A stretch of 59,818 bases of DNA, filler included, from Sluysia triapertura (lineage: Eukaryota), in NCBI GenBank assembly GCA_046118255.1. It is 4 parts of 4 records of this genome, joined end to end, with 100 filler letters (N's around TTAATTAATTAA, not from the genome) between each part and the next. Parts side by side here need not be neighbours in the genome. Positions count along the whole stretch, not along the records: positions 43,633 to 59,818 come from JBJNIA010209035.1; 3 more parts are not named here. The stretch is one strand, 5' to 3'. Below are positions 53,102 through 59,818 of this stretch, one piece after another. Every line of letters starts with the position of its first letter. Positions within the stretch are counted from its first letter, which is position 1. The notes beneath the pieces were generated by a model. That model saw nothing but the letters and a program-made list of their open reading frames with translations. It was not told where the DNA came from and made no database searches. The translations under genes were made by a program, and so were the position numbers.

Positions 53102-53533
53102 CGTACAGAAATGTTTAAATCTCTCATAAATGATCCAAACAGTTTATATATTTCGTTATCGGTTGACTTATCGTAATCTGTAACTTAGTAGAGACTGTTA
53201 TAATTATATATTTGTCGTCTATTTTAGAAATTTATATTTTGTGAATTAGCTTTAATATTAGTTTTACTTTTTTTACGTTCAATAATATCTTGTATGTATT
53301 CTAACGACAGTTCCCAAAAATTTTAGTTTTTTGTTATTCATCCAATCAGTGCTTCTCTAGCTTATCATTGATTAAAATTCAGCCTGATTGGATGATGAGC
53401 AGCATTTAGAATTGAAGGTTAATGATGATTACTGATGATTGACCATCATCAGTGTTGCACATTAATGAGAATTGTGATGGTAACGACTAGTTGGTGAGTT
53501 ATGAATAAATTAATGAATTTATTTTAATGACTG

Positions 53534-53534
<1 letters not shown>

Positions 53535-53579
<45 letters not shown>

Positions 53580-53586
53580 TAATAAT
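53535..53586. repeat. (AAT)n microsatellite
   Basis: Direct inspection. Confidence 0.95.
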
Positions 53587-53731
53587 GTTGTTGTTATTAT
53601 TATTAACGAGAACAATAAAAATAATAAAATTCACATAAATAGTCTTTAAAAAAAGAAACTACAAGATCTTTTCTTTCTTTAATCGTTTATTCTAAACATA
53701 TAAAAAAAATTAACAAAATTTGATAAATGTG

Positions 53732-53789
53732 AGTGAAATAGCAGCGATAACAGGGCGTATTACGCTCGAGTTATCGCTGCTATTTCGCT
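53732..53789. repeat. Compact 58-nt hairpin
   Basis: AGTGAAATAGCAGCGATAAC pairs with GTTATCGCTGCTATTTCGCT (17 perfect bp plus G-U extension); inner GGGCGT/ACGCTC stem. Confidence 0.85.
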
Positions 53790-56259
53790 TTATAAAATTG
53801 AATTCTTTAAAACTGTATTGTATTTTCCTAAACTTGTTGAAGGATTTAAATATGTTGAAATAATTAAGATAACTATATTTGGAACTGATTTTCTTAATGG
53901 AATTGTTTTGAAAGGTTTGATAATTATATTTTACCTTTAAAGATATGATAAATGAATTGAGTCTAAAATGAAATAGAGGATGTTAGAATAAGTTCTTTGA
54001 TATTGGTTGAAGTCTATATTTGAAAACAAGATTTATGTATTGAAATATCATGGATAAAAGGTTTCTTGAGGAGGGTGTAATTTACTGAATTTAGAAGGAC
54101 AATTGGTGTTGTTATACTGTGTTAATGATGACTATTAGTACATTTGAAACGTTGTAGTCGATTCGAAGATGAAAAGCAGGTACTTTATATGTTTCGAGTA
54201 GATTTATTGGTGTTGTGAAATGGTATTAAATGTAATTATGGTTTATATTCTGTAAGTTTTTGATTGTGATTGTAAATATTATTAGATATTAAGTATTAAT
54301 TGTTACAGTGTAGTGTAATATAAAGGATTCGAAAGTATTAGGTGGATTATTTCGGATGAGTTTGCTGTTAGATTATAATGAATATCGAGTAATGTTTCTG
54401 GTGAATTAGTTAATGTAATTTAGTAATGTTAGGTGAATTAGTGATTTGGATGTCGTAAGATTGTGGATATACATTGATTTTAAAGAGTATGTGATAGATG
54501 AATGTATAACTTTTGAGGTGTAGTGAAATGAAAAGGAAAAGATGTTGATTTAGAATAAAATTTTAGTGGTTATTAAAGTTGGTCACTACAATTGAGTTAT
54601 TATTAATTATTATTAATTCACCGATACTTGTAATTATTATCACTACTACTTGTAACTATTATTATGAATAATTTAATAAGAAACTATACCTGTGATTATT
54701 ATGAATTTTATGTGCAAAATTATTAGCATTTAGTAATAATTACTGTGAAATAAATTAAATTTGAATCACATAAATTACATTAATATAAATATATGCAAAA
54801 ATTCTGAATGACACAGTTTTTATTATTACTTATACTGGAAGAAAATTAGAAGTTGATATTTTGCTTATAATTGATAATTGAACGGTTTTTCTTGTGAGTA
54901 GAAAATTAGAACATTTTGGCTGTACGCATCCTTTTGTAAACACATTTATAAATGATCATTGAATGGTTCTTCTCGTGGGTATTCTCGCAATCCAGGCGAC
55001 AGTAGGGCAATCTCTTCTGTGGACATTTATAGTTTATTGAGCAGGTAATAATACTGTGATGTGTAAATTTTGTGTTGAGAACCTTATGACTAATGTCGAT
55101 TTTATGTAGATTTTGTGACTTGTAAATTGTGTAACTATAAACACATTTACTAATTATAAATCATTGACTATTTGTTATAAACTAATTAGATTCATTTATC
55201 TTATTTAATTATTGAAATTTATTGTTTTGTATATTTATTTACTGATTATTTATATCTATTGTTTTGGAGTCTAATCCTTTAAAGTAATAATTTATAATTA
55301 TAAAATTTATAATTTAATAAATAAAATAATTTATTATATGATAAAACATTTATTTTTTATTTAAAATGACATTTTGCAAAAAAATTATTATATTAAAAAG
55401 TATTAAAATATAATTAAAATATTATTCTAAAACATATAAACATTAAGAAATTTCACAAATACAGACAAAATAACTCAATTCAAATTTATACTTTTAATAC
55501 CGTTTGGATTCACATCGTTCAGAAGTAATTTTAAACTTATCATAGGAGCAACTTCTTCACGAGACAATTATAGATTGATTTTAGAATAACTTATCGTTAG
55601 TTTATTTTGTATAAGGATCGATACCCTCGTGCATCTTATGCAAAATATTACTTATCGGAACGAGTATCCGAGCTCACGTTTTCATATAAAATAAATTTGA
55701 AACAAAGACTATTTACAAAACGAGACGATAAAGAGTCTATAATATAAAATAATCATTAAGAGACTTTAAGTTATTGTTAATGATTAATAATTGAAGATTG
55801 AGAATGCATATCGATAAATTTAAGAACTTGTTAAACATTTCATTAAGTTTGCATCGACATGTTTAATTGTCTACATTTATTGTAAGTATATATAAAATAC
55901 TTAGTATTATTATAAAAGCATTCAGCGTCATTTTAAGTTTTGCAAAGAACGATTACTATGATAGGATAATTTAAAAAATTTTACCTTTAAATTAAGTTAT
56001 TAATATACTGTTACATAACATACATTTAAATTAAATAAATTAAAATATAATATTTAAATTAAATAAATTAAAATATAATATTTAAATTAAATTACATTAA
56101 TTTTTAATAGTAAAATTTAAATTAATAGTTTAGATAAATGAAAAATAATAAAATATTTAAATTAAATTACTTTAAAAGGCAATAAACAGTAATAGTTAAC
56201 TACCACTAATACTATTATTATTATTGTTATTATTATTGATCAGAAATTTGTTTAGAAAT

Positions 56260-56720
56260 ATCATGTATGCATTGAAATAATTTACATTGGAAATTTACAT
56301 GTATTTAAAATTATTATGAGTAAATTTACATTGAAAATTTACAATACTATATGTATTAGTATTATGTATGCAGTATAAATACATTGAAATAATTTACATA
56401 GAAAATTTACGATATTATATAGTATTGCTATTTATAAAATTTGAAATAATTTACATTAAAAATTGCGATACTATATATTGAAATTTTTTTGACAGTATAA
56501 AAGCTTGGAATTAAAAAACAGTAATAATACGAGTTCAATTGGATATTTTATGTTAAACAATTGTGAGCAGTATCATATCATTTTAATTTGGACCATTGAC
56601 GATATTTTATATTAAACAATTATAAGCAGTATCATATTAGTGTAAACAGTATCATCTTCATTTGGACATTTGACAATATTTTATGCAGTATTACATTAGT
56701 TTGAACAATCGACAATATCA
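56260..56720. repeat. Two adjacent imperfect tandem arrays
   Basis: GAAATAATTTACATTGRAAATTTAC-like units (~4) followed by GATATTTT...AAACAATT..RAGCAGTATCATAT-like units (~3). Confidence 0.6.
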
Positions 56721-59700
56721 ATTGATGATTATATCTGAATATATATTATGTAAGTTTTATTATTATTGTTTATCGCCTTCATTTATAACTATTAATTGTA
56801 ATATACTTGAAATTTAAATATAATAAAAGTATTGTTAATTTATTTTCAAATAAAGTAATTGTTAAAGAAGAGTGGAACCCTAAAATTAAATAAAATAAAC
56901 ACTAAAATTAAATAAGTAGTTAAATTAACTATTGCGCAATTGTTAAGTTGCTATTATTAAATCATTAATCACTTCTATCCTAATAGTAAGGACGAGTATT
57001 TTAACTCATACCTCCAGCTAAGTCTAATATAATACTAAGCGAAACTTAAAATATTTATACATTTTAGAGATCTAAATTGATAACATATAGTAAGGATTTT
57101 TATAGCATAAAATAATAATCAGACATATTTAAACTAGATACAAAGAATTAAAAGCTAAATTCTTAAGATTCAGAAGAATAAATTATGTACTGAATAATCA
57201 ATTAGATAATCAGCAAAATTATTATTACATTACTAATATAATAATTATTTCAAATTTTAATTAGATGATAATGGATTGTTTACCACAAGTCCCATTATCT
57301 TTGGATATTTAAAATAAAAAAGTTGAACATTGATGGAATTTCCTGTCGAAATCTAATCAGTAAAATTGGTCGGCTTATTGCCGACTAAAAGAGAATCGAT
57401 AGCTTTAATTTTCGTCTTGTTCAATTTCTTATTTTTTATTTCTGTAATTATTGTAAAACTGCTATAAGCAGTTACATTTCTGCAATAAAATTAGAAGTGA
57501 AACCGAAAAAAGAACAGAGCTAAGAGAAATCAAATTAACCTAACTTTTCAACTGTAGGGAAGCTGCATTAGTTCATCATTGGATAACGGTGAAACTAAAC
57601 TCATTTATTTAGCAATTGATTAAAATAAACCATTTTCTTTTTAGAACAATGGTTAGTAATATATATTTCTTAATGTTTGTATTTTGCATTAATGCGGATG
57701 CTAAGATTTAAATAAGTTGTGTCATCCTGGTTGTAATTTGTCATTAAAGATTAAATAACATTATAGAGTAATTTGTATTGTCATTGCTATAAAGAATAAT
57801 TTATATATTTTAGTTGTAATATTGTGATAATATAAAGAATATATCGAGATTTGGAATTTATTTAGTTCTTGAGTTTTTATTTAATAATTTTGGAAAATAA
57901 AAGTATTAAAAGCACAATAAAAAGAAAAGTTATAAAATTTATTTAATTGAAATTGCAGTTTCTATATAGAAATTTCCGTTTGTTGATTAATTTCAAACTT
58001 GAAATTATTGAAATTTCATATGTTAAGTGACTTAGGTGTCGTCTGGTTGTGTTTAAAATTTCGAATAACAGGTTGGATCACCACAATTGATCGAATTCCA
58101 CGATCAAGAAATGGGATTACACTGACAATTAGTCCGTCCAAATGATTTGATTAAAAACTTTAATAAGCTTATCCAGATATAACAGAAGAATTTTCTGTGT
58201 CTTTTATTAATGTCATATCTATTTATATGTGAAATTATTATCTGTTAGTATTTCAAATTATTAAATAATTTTAGCATAAAACTAAGTTCTTTGTAATTAT
58301 CTCGAAAAAAAAACACATTTTCTGCAATATATTGTTTAATTTAATTTACTTATTTTTCGGTATTCCGTGTAAACAGATGACTGTTTATTATTATTCTTAT
58401 TTTTATTATTGTAAAAGCATAATTTAAAATTTATGTATTAAAAATTTTAAAAAGTATAATTTAAAATTAAAAAAGCTTCATGCAAAAGTATAATTTATGA
58501 GTAAATAATTTTAATAATGTGTACATAATTTTAATATAATTTATAATTCCAATTATAATATTTGTAAAAATAAATCAATTTAAAAAAATAGTTATTATTA
58601 TTATTTTATCAGTTATTAAAACTATTATCATTGTTATATTAGTAGCATTAGTCATTAAAACTAGTAATTAGTTATGCAGAATTAGTGAATAATAAGATTT
58701 AGTAATGAATAATAAGATCAATGACTTTATAGTTTGAAATAGTACATAAACACATACTTTATTACTTAAAATAATAATGCTTTAGAAGTTAATTTTGAGA
58801 TTAATTCATGTAGTTATAGTTGATCGATTACGTTTTTTGATATAACATTGATTTTCGAATAATTTTTTGAAAAGATAATTTTACTTTAGCACAATCGAAT
58901 TAACCACTACCAGAGGAATAAAAAAATCATTAGAAAACATAGTTCTTCAAAATATTTGTTAGTTGATTAATTATATGATTCATTTTAAAAGAAAAAAGTA
59001 ATATAAACTAAAAAAATTTTACCATGTTTGTAATATTTAATTTCTTATCCAAAATATTAAATTTCAGACTGCATAAATTATTCACGCAGTAATTTTAATA
59101 AATTATTGTTGATTTCATATTATAATTGAAAAATATTACTATTATAAAATTTCAAAAAAATTATAAAAACTGTATTCAATTATTTAATTTTTTGTATCAC
59201 ATATAACTAACTAATTGTATCATCAATTTTGATTTATATTAATAAATTTTGTTTCTTAAAAAATAAACCTATTGATCATCATTATCTTAACAGTTCTTTC
59301 CGTTTTAAATAAATTTTAAAGTTTCAATATTTGCAACATTCAACACAAAAAGTAATAATAAAATTTACTATCGATAATAAATTAAAATTCATTAAAAATA
59401 AAGATCCTTTTAAATCGGATCGCATTCAACTTTTATTTAAAAAATAATCTTGCTAAACAGCGGAATTTAACCCACCACAAGATCTTTGACCTCCAAAAAG
59501 CTTGCATTTTCATCTTTCGCTGGCACCTATTGTAATGGCCGGGGTATAAGTATATTCGATTCAAAATGAAATTTTAGAAATTTAATATTAATAAAATAAG
59601 ACTTAAGGTCTATGTAATTACTAAAATATTTTAAATCGTCATTAATTAAAAATTGAAATAAAACATAACTATTTCCATTAATGTATTGAATTTTAAAATT

Positions 59701-59818
59701 ATCGCACATATTAAAAACATCAAATAGTTTAAAATTATTAAACATCATAAAATTATCAAGCATCTTAAAAATATCAGACATCGCAATCTCCTCAACTTTA
59801 TTAAACGTTTCACAATTA

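Noticed and set aside
59400-59781. GC-richer patch and 84-aa minus ORF at the window end
   Set aside because: The ORF derives from an imperfect short-period repeat; no convincing homology in any frame

Overview
Very AT-rich eukaryotic (animal) genomic DNA with AAT microsatellites and ~30-55 nt introns, consistent with a planarian-type flatworm (inference only). The window is four contigs joined by artificial 100-nt spacers (44 N + TTAATTAATTAA + 44 N at 17189, 29430 and 43533), so adjacency across them is unproven. The one clearly intact gene is the 5' part of a netrin (+): exon 1 31330-32064, exon 2 38649-38991. The most striking object is a decayed minus-strand LTR retroelement at ~20900-25950. 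It has a tRNA-type primer-binding site, a Ty3/Gypsy-type gag with a CCHC knuckle, no recognisable pol, and an env resembling the chuvirus (Jingchuvirales) class III fusion glycoprotein. The window also holds several mosaics of unrelated host-gene fragments: MLCK/DAPK kinase + PDCD6 + ankyrin, DEAD-box helicase + CCCH finger, and a glucosidase II alpha piece. Other features are two Helitron helicase remnants, a hAT-type MITE with an 8-bp TSD, LINE relics, a minus-strand micro-exon cluster and several inverted and tandem repeats. All homology calls come from manual translation and motif recognition; no searches were run.
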